Shown here: positions 23,664 to 32,807 of the stretch, one piece after another
How the letters are laid out: every line of letters starts with the position of its first letter
Position numbering within the stretch: the first letter of the stretch is position 1
Assembly (NCBI GenBank): GCA_018262975.1
Contig: JADFDG010000002.1
Span: 93,523 to 157,522, forward strand
Source of the DNA: Gammaproteobacteria bacterium
GTDB lineage: Bacteria; Pseudomonadota; Gammaproteobacteria; Pseudomonadales; JADFDG01
Reading direction: 5' to 3'
Length of the DNA stretch: 64,000 nt
Program-made: the position numbers and the translations under genes
Notes under the pieces: model-generated
Seen by the model: the letters and a program-made list of their open reading frames with translations, nothing else
Databases searched by the model: none
What the model was told of the DNA's origin: nothing

Positions 23664-25484
23664 ATGGACCACCCCACCCGCTGGCACCTCGGCTACTGGA
23701 TCACCGCCGCCATCCTGGTACTGCTGGTACAGAACGCCTGGCAGACGTACCGCACCGTGCAGCCGGTGCCCTACAGCGAGTTCGAACAGGCACTCGCCGA
23801 CGACCGCGTGGCCGAAGTGGTGGTGAGCGACAACACCCTCACCGGCAAGCTGCGCGTGCCCGACGCCCAGGGCAAGACCACCATCGTCGCCACCCGAGTG
23901 GATCCGGCCTTCGCCGAGCACCTGGCGAAATACAACGTGCCCTATTCGCAGGTCCGCGAGAGCACCTTCCTGCGCGACCTGCTGTCGTGGGTGGTGCCGG
24001 TATTGCTGTTCTTCGCGCTGTGGCTGTTCGTGTTCCGCAAGTTTGCGGAGAAGCAGGGCATGGGCATGGGCGGCTTCATGACCGTGGGCAAGAACCGCGC
24101 GAAGGTGTACATGCAGCGCGACACCGGGGTGACCTTCAATGACGTTGCCGGCGTGGACGAAGCGAAGGAGGAACTGCGCGAGATCGTCGAGTTCCTGAAG
24201 AACCCGCAGGCCTACGGTACGCTCGGCGCACGCATACCCAAGGGCGTGCTGCTCGCCGGCCCGCCGGGCACCGGCAAGACGCTGCTGGCGCGCGCGGTGG
24301 CCGGTGAAGCGGGTGTCACGTTTTTCTCGATGTCCGGCGCCGAGTTCGTGGAGCTGTTCGTGGGCGTGGGCGCGGCGCGCGTGCGCGACCTGTTCGAACA
24401 GGCGCGACTGGTAGCACCGGCGATCATCTTCATCGATGAACTCGACGCGCTGGGCCGCGCGCGCGGCGCCGCCAGCCCCATCGGCGGCCACGACGAGCGC
24501 GAACAGACGCTCAACCAGTTGCTCGCCGAGATGGACGGCTTCGACGCTTCCGCCGGGGTGGTGATCCTCGCCGCCACCAACCGTCCCGAAGTGCTCGACC
24601 CGGCGCTGCTGCGCGCCGGCCGCTTCGACCGCCAGGTACTGGTGGACCGCCCCGACCGCAAGGGCCGCGCCGACATCCTGCGCGTGCATGCGAAGAAGAT
24701 CCGCCTGGCTGCCGATGCCGACCTCGCGCAGGTGGCGGCGCTCACCGCCGGATTTTCCGGCGCCGACCTCGCCAACCTGGTCAATGAAGCGGCGCTCACC
24801 GCGACGCGGCGCAAGGCCGACGCCGTCACCCTTGCCGATTTCACCCGCGCGATCGAGCGCATCGTCGCGGGCCTCGAGCGCCGCAACCGGGTGATCAACG
24901 AGCAGGAGCGCAAGACAATTGCCTTCCACGAGACCGGCCATGCGCTCGTCGCACTGGCACTGCCCGGCAGCGACCGCGTGCACAAGGTATCGATCATTCC
25001 GCGCGGCATCGGTGCGCTGGGCTACACCATCCAGCGGCCCACCGAGGACCGCTACCTGATGACGCGCGAGGAACTGCTCAACCGCATGAGCGTGCTGCTG
25101 GGCGGCCGCGCCGCGGAAAAGCTGGTGTTCGGCACGCTGTCCACCGGCGCCAGCGACGACCTCGCCAAGGCCACCGACATCGCCCGCGACATGGTCGCCC
25201 GCTACGGCATGGATGAATCGCTGGGCTACGTGGCGTGGGAAACCCGCCAGCCGCGCTTCCTCGACCTGCCGGAACTCGGCACCGGTAACCCGTCGCTGTC
25301 CGAGGACACCCGCCGGCGCATCGACGAGGCGGTACGTGCACTGGTGATGGAGAGTTTCACGCGCGCCACCGCCATCCTGCAGCGCCATCGCGCGATACTC
25401 GACCGCTGCGCCGGCGAACTGCTGGTGCACGAGACGCTCGACGAAGCCGCGATACGCGAACTCACCCGGGACCTCCAGGCCTGA
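23664..25484 (+). CDS. ftsH: ATP-dependent zinc metalloprotease FtsH (paralog type)
   Basis: Walker [21 protein letters not shown] region [20 protein letters not shown], zinc site HETGHAL. ATG 23664 has AGGAGA upstream. Confidence 0.9.
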   Translation: MDHPTRWHLGYWITAAILVLLVQNAWQTYRTVQPVPYSEFEQALADDRVAEVVVSDNTLTGKLRVPDAQGKTTIVATRVDPAFAEHLAKYNVPYSQVRESTFLRDLLSWVVPVLLFFALWLFVFRKFAEKQGMGMGGFMTVGKNRAKVYMQRDTGVTFNDVAGVDEAKEELREIVEFLKNPQAYGTLGARIPKGVLLAGPPGTGKTLLARAVAGEAGVTFFSMSGAEFVELFVGVGAARVRDLFEQARLVAPAIIFIDELDALGRARGAASPIGGHDEREQTLNQLLAEMDGFDASAGVVILAATNRPEVLDPALLRAGRFDRQVLVDRPDRKGRADILRVHAKKIRLAADADLAQVAALTAGFSGADLANLVNEAALTATRRKADAVTLADFTRAIERIVAGLERRNRVINEQERKTIAFHETGHALVALALPGSDRVHKVSIIPRGIGALGYTIQRPTEDRYLMTREELLNRMSVLLGGRAAEKLVFGTLSTGASDDLAKATDIARDMVARYGMDESLGYVAWETRQPRFLDLPELGTGNPSLSEDTRRRIDEAVRALVMESFTRATAILQRHRAILDRCAGELLVHETLDEAAIRELTRDLQA

Positions 25485-25512
25485 GTCCCCCACCCAACCC
25501 GGAGACCCGGCC

Positions 25513-26115
25513 ATGACGGAAAGACTCGACGCCCTGCTCGCCCGCATCCACGAGCTGCAGGAACAGGTGGAGGATACCTACCGCGAGGCGCGCGACGAGT
25601 GGGAACGCGAGAAGCAACGACTGGCCGGCGAGTTCGTGCGCCGGCAGCGGCGCGCGCGCATCGGCCTGCTGCGCTTCCTGCGCACCTCGCGGCCACTGGT
25701 GGTGCTCACCGCGCCGGTGATCTACTCGGGCTGGATCGTTTTCCTGCTGCTGGACCTGTTCGTCAGCCTCTACCAGTGGATCTGTTTCCCGGTGTACGGA
25801 ATCCCGCGCGTGCGGCGCGGCGATTACCTGGTGCTGGATCGCGGCGACCTGCCGTACCTGAACGCCATCGAGAAGTTCAACTGTTTCTACTGCTCCTATG
25901 GCAACGGCACCATCGCCTATGCGCGCGAGATCGCTTCGCGTACGGAGCAGTACTGGTGCCCGATCAAGCACTCCCGCCGCGTGCGTGACGCGCACGACCG
26001 TTACCCGCTGTTCTTCGAACACGGCGATGGCGACGCCTACCGCCAGGGCCTGGCGCGCCTGCGCCGGCAATACGGCATCCCTGAAGACCACCGCGACACG
26101 GACCACCATCCATGA
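25513..26115 (+). CDS. conserved hypothetical membrane protein
   Basis: N-terminal coiled segment, a TM stretch (LVVLTAPVIYSGWIVFLLLDLFV) and a Cys-containing C-terminal region (CFYCSYGNG...YWCPIKH). No family recognised. Confidence 0.55.
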   Translation: MTERLDALLARIHELQEQVEDTYREARDEWEREKQRLAGEFVRRQRRARIGLLRFLRTSRPLVVLTAPVIYSGWIVFLLLDLFVSLYQWICFPVYGIPRVRRGDYLVLDRGDLPYLNAIEKFNCFYCSYGNGTIAYAREIASRTEQYWCPIKHSRRVRDAHDRYPLFFEHGDGDAYRQGLARLRRQYGIPEDHRDTDHHP

Positions 26116-26456
26116 GCAACGACGGCCTCGCCCGCTATCGCCAGCGCGAACAGGGCTACCGCGAACGCGCGCTGAAGATGTATCCGTGGATCTGCGCCCG
26201 CTGCGGCCGCGAGTTCTCCGGCAAGCGCGTGGCGGAACTCACCGTGCACCACAAGGACCACAACCACGACAACAACCCGCCGGACGGCTCCAACTGGGAA
26301 CTGCTGTGCATCTATTGCCACGACCAGGAGCACAGCAAGTTCATCCACCAGATCCGCTACGGCAGCGACGCACCGGCCACCGGCGACACCCGCGAGCCGC
26401 CGAAGCACAAGGCGCTGTCGGGACTGGCGTCCCTGCTGAAGAAGGACGGCGACTGA
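26112..26456 (+). CDS. yajD: YajD-family HNH nuclease
   Basis: CARCGREF...LTVHHKDHNHDNNPPDGSNWELLCIYCHDQEH, the typical YajD HNH pattern. 114 aa. Confidence 0.8.
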   Translation: MSNDGLARYRQREQGYRERALKMYPWICARCGREFSGKRVAELTVHHKDHNHDNNPPDGSNWELLCIYCHDQEHSKFIHQIRYGSDAPATGDTREPPKHKALSGLASLLKKDGD

Positions 26457-27628
26457 TGCCGCGCTTGCTGGTCGTGCTGCTGTATGCCTTGCTGGCACTG
26501 CTGCCGGCGCTGGCAAGCGCATCCCGCGATACCGTAACCGTGCAGGTGTTCTGGCGCGAGGGCTGCCCGCACTGCGAAAAGGAGATCGCTTTCCTGCAAG
26601 GCCAGACGGCGGCACTGCCCTGGCTGCAGCTCGAGTACCACGAGATAGGTTCCAGCCGCACGGCACGCGAGCTGTTCGTTGCGACCGCGCAGCGCTTCGG
26701 TGAAACGCCCAACGCCGTGCCGTTCACCGTGGTGGGCGACCGCTATTTCGTCGGCTACCTCGATGATGCCACCAGCGGCGCGGCCATCGTCGCCGCCGCG
26801 CATGCGGCCCGCAGCGAACCTGCCGTGCAGGCCAGCGCACAGCCTGCGCCTGCTGTACCGCATACGACCGCCGCAGTGCCCGCGCAATTGCACGTGCCAC
26901 TGGTCGGCATGGTTGACACCGCGCAGTTGTCATTGCCGCTGCTCACCATCACGCTGGCCGCCATCGACGGCTTCAACCCGTGCGCGATGTGGGCATTGGT
27001 GTTCCTGCTTGGCCTGCTGGTGGGGCTGCGCGACCACCGGCGCATGTGGGTGCTGGGCGTGACCTTCGTGGTCGCCTCGGCGCTGGTCTATTTCCTGTTC
27101 ATGACCGCATGGCTGAACCTGGTGCTGTTCGTGGGCGCACTCGGCTGGCTGCGCTACGCGATCGGCCTGCTCGCACTGGCCGGCGGCGGCTGGTACCTGT
27201 ACGAATGGAAGACGCGCCGCGATGCGCAATGCCAGGTAAGCGCGGCGCCCGCGCGCCGGCGGGTGCTCGACGGCCTGCGCGCGATGGCCCAGCGGCAACA
27301 ACTGCCGATCGCGCTGGTGGGCATCGTGCTGCTGGCCTTCGCCGTCAATCTCATCGAGCTGGTGTGCTCGGCGGGCATCCCGGCCGTGTACACGCAGGTA
27401 CTGGCGATGACGCCCATGAGCACGGCGGCCCACTACGCCTACCTGGCGCTGTACATCCTGGTGTTCATGCTCGACGACCTGTTCGTGCTGGGCGCCACCC
27501 TGCTGACCCTGCAGGTAACAGGGCTCACCGGCCGCTACACGCACGCGGCGACGCTGGTTGGAGGGCTGGTGCTGCTGGCACTGGGGCTGGCGATGATCTT
27601 CCGGCCGGGCTGGCTCACGTTCGGTTGA
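26456..27628 (+). CDS. thioredoxin/glutaredoxin-fold (CPHC) domain fused to a multi-pass membrane domain
   Basis: Signal-like MPRLLVVLLYALLALLPALASA, VFWREGCPHCEKE, then about six hydrophobic helices. ATG 26456 overlaps the yajD stop by 1 nt. Confidence 0.7.
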   Translation: MPRLLVVLLYALLALLPALASASRDTVTVQVFWREGCPHCEKEIAFLQGQTAALPWLQLEYHEIGSSRTARELFVATAQRFGETPNAVPFTVVGDRYFVGYLDDATSGAAIVAAAHAARSEPAVQASAQPAPAVPHTTAAVPAQLHVPLVGMVDTAQLSLPLLTITLAAIDGFNPCAMWALVFLLGLLVGLRDHRRMWVLGVTFVVASALVYFLFMTAWLNLVLFVGALGWLRYAIGLLALAGGGWYLYEWKTRRDAQCQVSAAPARRRVLDGLRAMAQRQQLPIALVGIVLLAFAVNLIELVCSAGIPAVYTQVLAMTPMSTAAHYAYLALYILVFMLDDLFVLGATLLTLQVTGLTGRYTHAATLVGGLVLLALGLAMIFRPGWLTFG

Positions 27629-28208
27629 TGCGCGCCGCGTGGCGGTAGCAGGCCTGCACGAAGCCGCTCAGCTGGCCAACGGTGGCCAGCGCTTCCTCGT
27701 CGCACATCGGGGCGCCCGGGAAGGCGCCGCGCAGTTGTTCTGCGTAAAGACCGGCAGCCAGGCCAACCTGCACACCCTGTTCGTCGACCAACGGCGCATT
27801 GCCCGGCGCGCAACTGGGTGAGCGCGCCTTGAACACGTAGCCGTGGAAAACCTGCGCGGCCGCCACCTGTTTGCCGTAGTCCGCGAGCTGCTGCGTGACG
27901 TCGAGGGCGGGATCCTCCACGCCGCGCACCACCTCGCGGCCATCGGCCAGGCGCACGCGCTGGATGGTCGGGCGCGGCACGCCCATCCCTATGGCCACTT
28001 CCGGGCACAGCGGCACTACCTCGGCCACCAGCGGCAGCATGCGCGCCACCAGCGTGGCCAGCCGGTGGTCGCCGTCATAGCGCACCGGCTCGCCGGCCAG
28101 GCACGCGCTCACGCCCACGCGCACGCGAAAGCCCGCGTCCCACAGGGCGCGGGTATCCGGGTTGGCGCGCAGCGCCTCGACGATGAAATCCTTCCCCAAC
28201 ATAGGCAC
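27615..28208 (-). CDS. DUF523-family protein (TudS-like)
   Basis: VGVSACLAGEPVRYDG matches the DUF523 N-terminal signature. Confidence 0.65.
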   Translation of the reverse strand: MPMLGKDFIVEALRANPDTRALWDAGFRVRVGVSACLAGEPVRYDGDHRLATLVARMLPLVAEVVPLCPEVAIGMGVPRPTIQRVRLADGREVVRGVEDPALDVTQQLADYGKQVAAAQVFHGYVFKARSPSCAPGNAPLVDEQGVQVGLAAGLYAEQLRGAFPGAPMCDEEALATVGQLSGFVQACYRHAARINRT

Positions 28209-28246
28209 CTCGCTACAATGGGCAGGTTAATACAGCGAGGTGCGGG

Positions 28247-29212
28247 ATGCGCGGTGTTTTCCTCGATACGGCAACCATGCGCCCGGAGGAACTGGATTTT
28301 TCCGGCCTGCGGGCGACGCTGGCGGACTGGACCTTCCACGAGCGCACCAGTGCGGCACAGACCGCGGAGCGCATCGCCGGCGCCGACGTCATCGTCACCA
28401 ACAAGGTGCTCGTCACCGCCGGGCACCTGCGCGACAACCCGCAACTGAAGCTGGTGTGCGTGTGCGCCACCGGCACCAACAACATCGACACGGAAGCGGC
28501 CCGTGCCGCCGGCATCGCGGTGCGCAACGTCACCCACTACGCCACCGCCTCGGTCGCCCAGCACACGCTGGCGCTGATGCTGGGCCTCGCCACGCAGTGG
28601 CACCGCTACCATTCGGACGTGCTGGCCGGCACCTGGGCGCGCAGCCCGATGTTCTGCCTGATGGACTACCCGGTGATCGAACTGGCCGGGCGCACGCTGG
28701 GCATCGTCGGCAGCGGCGATCTCGGCACGCAGGTTGGCCGGCTGGGCGAAGCCTTCGGCATGGACGTGGTGGTGGCACAATTGCCCGGCCGGCCGGCGCC
28801 GCGCGGGCAGTCGCCTTGGGCGCGCCTGCCGTGGCCGGAATTCCTCGGCGCCTGCGACTTCATCAGCATCCATTGCCCGCTCACGCCGGACACCCGAGGC
28901 CTGTTCGATGCGGCCGCGCTCGCCGCCATGAAGCCCGGCGCCTTCCTGGTCAACACCGCGCGCGGCGGCATCGTCGACGAGCGCGCACTGCTGGAGGCGC
29001 TGCGCAGCGGCCGCCTCGGCGGCGCCGCGCTGGACGTACTCGAACAGGAACCGCCGCCGGCCGACCACCCGCTGGTCGCCGCGCGCCTGCCCAACCTGAT
29101 CATCACGCCGCACAACGCCTGGGTGAGCCGCGAATGCCGCCAGCGCCTGCTCGACGGCGTGGCGCGCAACATCCGCACCTTCGTGGCCGACCACCCGGAA
29201 CTGTCGCCATGA
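28247..29212 (+). CDS. D-2-hydroxyacid dehydrogenase (glycerate dehydrogenase/hydroxypyruvate reductase-like)
   Basis: GRTLGIVGSGDLG (NAD-binding site), NTARGGIVDE, LDVLEQEP, TPHNAW. Confidence 0.85.
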   Translation: MRGVFLDTATMRPEELDFSGLRATLADWTFHERTSAAQTAERIAGADVIVTNKVLVTAGHLRDNPQLKLVCVCATGTNNIDTEAARAAGIAVRNVTHYATASVAQHTLALMLGLATQWHRYHSDVLAGTWARSPMFCLMDYPVIELAGRTLGIVGSGDLGTQVGRLGEAFGMDVVVAQLPGRPAPRGQSPWARLPWPEFLGACDFISIHCPLTPDTRGLFDAAALAAMKPGAFLVNTARGGIVDERALLEALRSGRLGGAALDVLEQEPPPADHPLVAARLPNLIITPHNAWVSRECRQRLLDGVARNIRTFVADHPELSP

Positions 29213-29637
29213 GCTGGCTGCAGCGCGACATCCGCTTGCGCGCCCGCGCGCGCGGCTGCCACCTGGTGACGCAGGAAATCCTCGCGGCGCTGCCGGAGAT
29301 CCGCCGTTGCCGGGTCGGGCTGCTGCACCTGTTCCTGCAACACACCAGCGCGTCGCTGGCCATCAACGAGAACGCCGATCCCGACGTGCGCGGCGACATG
29401 GAGCGCCACCTCAACGTGCTGGCGCCGGAGCGCGCGCCGCACTACGCGCATACCACCGAGGGTCCCGACGACATGCCGGCGCACATCAAGAGCGCGCTGG
29501 TGGGCGTGGAACTCACCGTGCCGGTGCGCGATGGCTCGCTCGCGCTGGGCACCTGGCAGGGCCTGTGGTTGCTGGAGCATCGTGACCACGCGGGCGGCCG
29601 CACGCTGGTGGCCACCCTGCACGGGGAAAGCACCTGA
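29209..29637 (+). CDS. YjbQ/UPF0047 family protein (secondary thiamine-phosphate synthase-like)
   Basis: LHLFLQHTSASL.INENADPDVR.D...H...GPDDMPAHIKS...G..L.VPV..G.L.LGTWQG. ATG 29209 overlaps the upstream stop (ATGA). Confidence 0.85.
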   Translation: MSWLQRDIRLRARARGCHLVTQEILAALPEIRRCRVGLLHLFLQHTSASLAINENADPDVRGDMERHLNVLAPERAPHYAHTTEGPDDMPAHIKSALVGVELTVPVRDGSLALGTWQGLWLLEHRDHAGGRTLVATLHGEST

Positions 29638-29871
29638 CTCCTTCTGTGCCAAGGAGTTGCGCCGCACTGCTTGAGTCATTTCGCCGGGTGGCAGCAAGCA
29701 CCGCCGACCCCGTGCTGTCAAGCGAACACACCCGGCCAGCCACCATTCGTTCAATTGCATATTGCATTGCCACCCCCACTGGATTTTTAAATAGGGGCCA
29801 CTAAGATTTGCCGCCGTCGAGGCCCCCGCCGGGGACCGCGGCCACCAGCACTCAACACAGCGAGTCTCGCC

Positions 29872-30171
29872 ATGTGGGAAGAAGACGAAGAAGCCGAAGA
29901 AGGCGCTGAAGAGGAAAAGGCGCTCGAGGACGGCCTCGACGAGGAAGAAGCGGAAGTCATCGAGAAGAAGGCTGCCGCCAAGAAGCACGAGGAGGAGCCG
30001 GACCCGGAAACCCTCACCGTGTCCGCCAAGGAAGCCCTGCGTCGCAAGCTGCAGGCGGAAATGGAGGCCTTCCTGAAGCGCGGCGGCAGCGTGCAGCAAG
30101 TGGCTGCCGACGAGAGCAAGATGGGCGAGCGCGAAACCGCGCGTGCACCCGACGAGGATGCCGACGAGTAA
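29872..30171 (+). CDS. small acidic protein, SutA-like (RNA-polymerase-associated regulator family?)
   Basis: Highly acidic ends flank KEALRRKLQAEMEAFLKRGGSVQQV. This resembles my recollection of the Pseudomonas SutA core (..AMEEFLSRGGKVQEI). Tentative. Confidence 0.45.
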   Translation: MWEEDEEAEEGAEEEKALEDGLDEEEAEVIEKKAAAKKHEEEPDPETLTVSAKEALRRKLQAEMEAFLKRGGSVQQVAADESKMGERETARAPDEDADE

Positions 30172-30196
30172 TCGCCGGAACGGGCGCAGCAACGAA

Positions 30197-30226
30197 AACG
30201 GGGCCACCAGGGCCCCGTTCTTGTTT
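30197..30226. terminator. hairpin terminator between convergent genes
   Basis: AACGGGGCC-ACCAG-GGCCCCGTT followed by CTTGTTT. Confidence 0.55.
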
Positions 30227-30244
30227 CCGGCAACCGGTGATCGT

Positions 30245-30976
30245 TTACGGGTTCGCCTTCACCCACTCGAGGAACGCCGCGCGGTCAGCCGCCGACGCGT
30301 TCTGCCAGGTGAACTTGAGCAATTCCACGGCGTTCAGGCCACCACCGGCGGCCGGTGTCGCCGGCGTCGGGTTGGCCGGCACCGTGGTCAGCGTCGATAC
30401 CGTGACCGCTGCGGTGGGCGCCACTGCCGGCGGCACCACGGCCGGCGGTACCGCCTCCGGGTTCACCAGGTCCTTGCGGCTGGTCGTCGTCGAATCGCCC
30501 TTCCAGTTTTTCTGCACCTGGCTGGCAGCGGTGACACGATTCACGCCCTGCTCGTCAATCACCGTCACCACGAAGTTCTTCGTGCCCGCGCGCGCCTCGT
30601 CGACGTTGCGGAACTTCGCGTGCTGGGCCCGGTAGCGCTTGCCCGGCTCCGCCACGAACGTCAGCACGACGATCTTCGACTTCACCACCTCGTGCATGTC
30701 AGCGCTGACGTTGAACAGCTGGTTGTACTTCACGGCAACTTCCCGCTCGCCGGGCAGCACGCGCAACTCCAGTTCGCCCTTGCGGAACATGCTCTTGAAG
30801 CCCGGGTAGACGAGGCCATCCAGCATCTCGATGTCCAGCGTCTCGGGCAGCACGAGGGTGGCCAGATCGCCACGGGCCTTGTCGGCATCGGGCACCGCCA
30901 GCACGGGGTCGCGGGCAGCGGCAGTGGCGGCCAGTACGGCCAGCGTGGCCGCCAGCAACAGGTTCAGCAAACGCAT
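30245..30976 (-). CDS. YccT/DUF2057 (UPF0319) family periplasmic protein
   Basis: Signal peptide MRLLNLLLAATLAVLAATAAA. The C-terminus LLKFTWQNASAADRAAFLEWVKANP parallels the E. coli YccT end ([23 protein letters not shown]). Start at the internal ATG 30976. Confidence 0.7.
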   Translation of the reverse strand: MRLLNLLLAATLAVLAATAAARDPVLAVPDADKARGDLATLVLPETLDIEMLDGLVYPGFKSMFRKGELELRVLPGEREVAVKYNQLFNVSADMHEVVKSKIVVLTFVAEPGKRYRAQHAKFRNVDEARAGTKNFVVTVIDEQGVNRVTAASQVQKNWKGDSTTTSRKDLVNPEAVPPAVVPPAVAPTAAVTVSTLTTVPANPTPATPAAGGGLNAVELLKFTWQNASAADRAAFLEWVKANP

Positions 30977-30996
30977 GTCCAGTCTCCTTGGTTGAT

Positions 30997-32730
30997 TCAC
31001 AGCGCGCGGCAGTACGCCACCACGTCCTCGTGCCCCTGCGCATAGTGCAGCACGCCGGGCTCCTCGCGGATTTCCGCCCGCTCCAGCTTGGCGCGGATGT
31101 TCTCGCGCAGGCCGCACAACACCACCGCGACCTTGCGCCGGCGCATGCGCGCCATCGTGTCCGACAACGCCACCACCCCGGTCATGTCGATGGTGTTCAC
31201 GTCGGTCATGTCCAGCACGACCACCTTGGTGCCCTGGTCGGAAAAGCGCAGGTTTTCCAGCGCCTGGCGCGCAGCGCCGAAGAACAGCGGGCCATTGATG
31301 TCATAGACCACGGCATGCTTCGGCAGTTCGGCAAAACGCTCGTGCTGCGAGGTGGTAACCGCCTGCACGCCGGTGAGCTCGGTCATGCGACGGATGAACA
31401 GCAGGGCTGCCAGCGCCATGCCCACGCCCACCGCCAGCACCATGTCGAACACCACCGTCAGCACGAAGCAGGTGAGCAGCACCACGACATCACTGCGCGG
31501 GGCGACCTTGACGATATGCACGAAGTGGCGCGCCTCGGCCATGTTCCAGGCGACGATCACCAGCAGCGCGGCCAGCGCCGCCATCGGCACGTGTGACATC
31601 ACCGGCGACAACAGCAGCAAGGCCAGCAGCACCGTGAGCGCATGGACCATCGCCGATACCGGTGAGGTGCCACCCACGCGGAAGTTGGCGCTGGTGCGGG
31701 CAATGGCAGCCGTGCAGGTGATGCCGCCGAAGAACGGCGCGACGATGTTGCCGAGCCCCTGCCCCACCAGCTCGGAATTGGGATTGTGGCGCGTGCCGGC
31801 AAAACCGTCGGCGACCACCGCGCACAGCAGCGACTCGATGGCACACAGCAACGCGATGGCAAAGGCCGCCGGCAGCAGTTCGCGCACCAGCGCGAAGTCC
31901 AGCCCCACCGGGTTGCCCTGGGCATCGGGCAGCTCCCACGGCAGCAGGAACATCGGCGGAAACGGCGGGATGCCACTGCCGGTGACGCCATCCGACTCCC
32001 AGCTGAAGCGGGAACCGATGGTCGCGACCTCGAATCCCGGCAGCAACGCGGCCAGCGCCAGCGCCGCCAGCGTGCCGACCACCAGCGCCACCAGGTGCGC
32101 CGGCACCCGCGAATTGAGCCGCGGCCACAGCAGCATGACCGCCAGCGTCGCGGCAGCGATCACCGTGTCCTCCCAGCGCAGCGTCGGCAGGGCGGCATAC
32201 AGCGCCCCCACCTTGTCGAGGAAATGCTCCTGCTGGCCGACGACCTCCAGGCCGAAGAAATCCTTGAGTTGCAGGGTGGCGATGACAACGCCGATGCCGG
32301 CGGTGAAGCCCACCAGCACCGGGTAGGGAATGAATTCGACGAAACGCCCCAGCCGCGCCACACCCAGCGCCACCAGGATCATGCCGGCCATGGTTGTCGC
32401 GATCAGCAGCCCGCCCAGCCCGTACTTGGCGGTGATGGGCAGCAGGATGGCCACGAACGCCGCCGTGGGGCCGGAGATGTTGAACTTCGAGCCACCGCTG
32501 GCAGCGATGACCAGGCCGCCGATGACCGCCGCATAGAGGCCGTACTGGGGTGCCACGCCGGTGGCGATGGCCAGCGCCATGCCCAGCGGGATGGCGATGA
32601 CGCCCAGGGTGATCCCCGCCACCAGGTCCGAGCGGAAGCGTGCCCGCGAGTAGCCCTCCATGAGGGTTTCGCGGAGGGCGGAGGCAACCAGCATCTGCTG
32701 GACAGCGGTCTGGCGGGCGTTATCGGTCAT
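30997..32730 (-). CDS. SulP-family anion transporter with C-terminal STAS domain
   Basis: 577 aa with multiple TM helices, GIPPFPP and FFGGI.CTAAIARTS motifs, and a STAS-like C-terminus (VVYDINGPLFFGAA...VVLDMTDVNTIDMTG). Confidence 0.9.
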   Translation of the reverse strand: MTDNARQTAVQQMLVASALRETLMEGYSRARFRSDLVAGITLGVIAIPLGMALAIATGVAPQYGLYAAVIGGLVIAASGGSKFNISGPTAAFVAILLPITAKYGLGGLLIATTMAGMILVALGVARLGRFVEFIPYPVLVGFTAGIGVVIATLQLKDFFGLEVVGQQEHFLDKVGALYAALPTLRWEDTVIAAATLAVMLLWPRLNSRVPAHLVALVVGTLAALALAALLPGFEVATIGSRFSWESDGVTGSGIPPFPPMFLLPWELPDAQGNPVGLDFALVRELLPAAFAIALLCAIESLLCAVVADGFAGTRHNPNSELVGQGLGNIVAPFFGGITCTAAIARTSANFRVGGTSPVSAMVHALTVLLALLLLSPVMSHVPMAALAALLVIVAWNMAEARHFVHIVKVAPRSDVVVLLTCFVLTVVFDMVLAVGVGMALAALLFIRRMTELTGVQAVTTSQHERFAELPKHAVVYDINGPLFFGAARQALENLRFSDQGTKVVVLDMTDVNTIDMTGVVALSDTMARMRRRKVAVVLCGLRENIRAKLERAEIREEPGVLHYAQGHEDVVAYCRAL

Positions 32731-32807
32731 CGTGCGGAATGTTGACCTGCGTGCGGTTGAGCGGGGCGGCCGGGCACCGGATTATACGCCCACAGGAGGA
32801 TCCACCC

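Noticed and set aside
22329-25547. Very long antisense ORFs: 1072 aa opposite yhiN/ftsH. Similar cases are 40426..43254 (its upstream extension before serA), 38843..40555, 57930..60485, 43929..45230, 45682..47403 and 28666..30207.
   Set aside because: They are Arg/Ala/Gly/His-rich, low-complexity translations lying antisense to genes with clear family motifs. In high-GC DNA the scarcity of stop codons generates such shadows. Only the serA portion of 40426..43254 (from ATG 42022) is real.
23664-26456. FtsH paralog + membrane protein + HNH nuclease (YajD) as a possible conflict module next to the island.
   Set aside because: YajD is a widely conserved housekeeping HNH protein and FtsH paralogs are common. 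Composition is host-like and the REP-bearing core genome starts here. There is no specific evidence for a system.
29730-29770. Direct repeat ATTGCAT-ATTGCAT (ttcaattgcatattgcattgcc) upstream of the small acidic protein gene as a regulatory site.
   Set aside because: It is very short, occurs once, and shows no palindromic symmetry or second site. The evidence is insufficient to call a feature.
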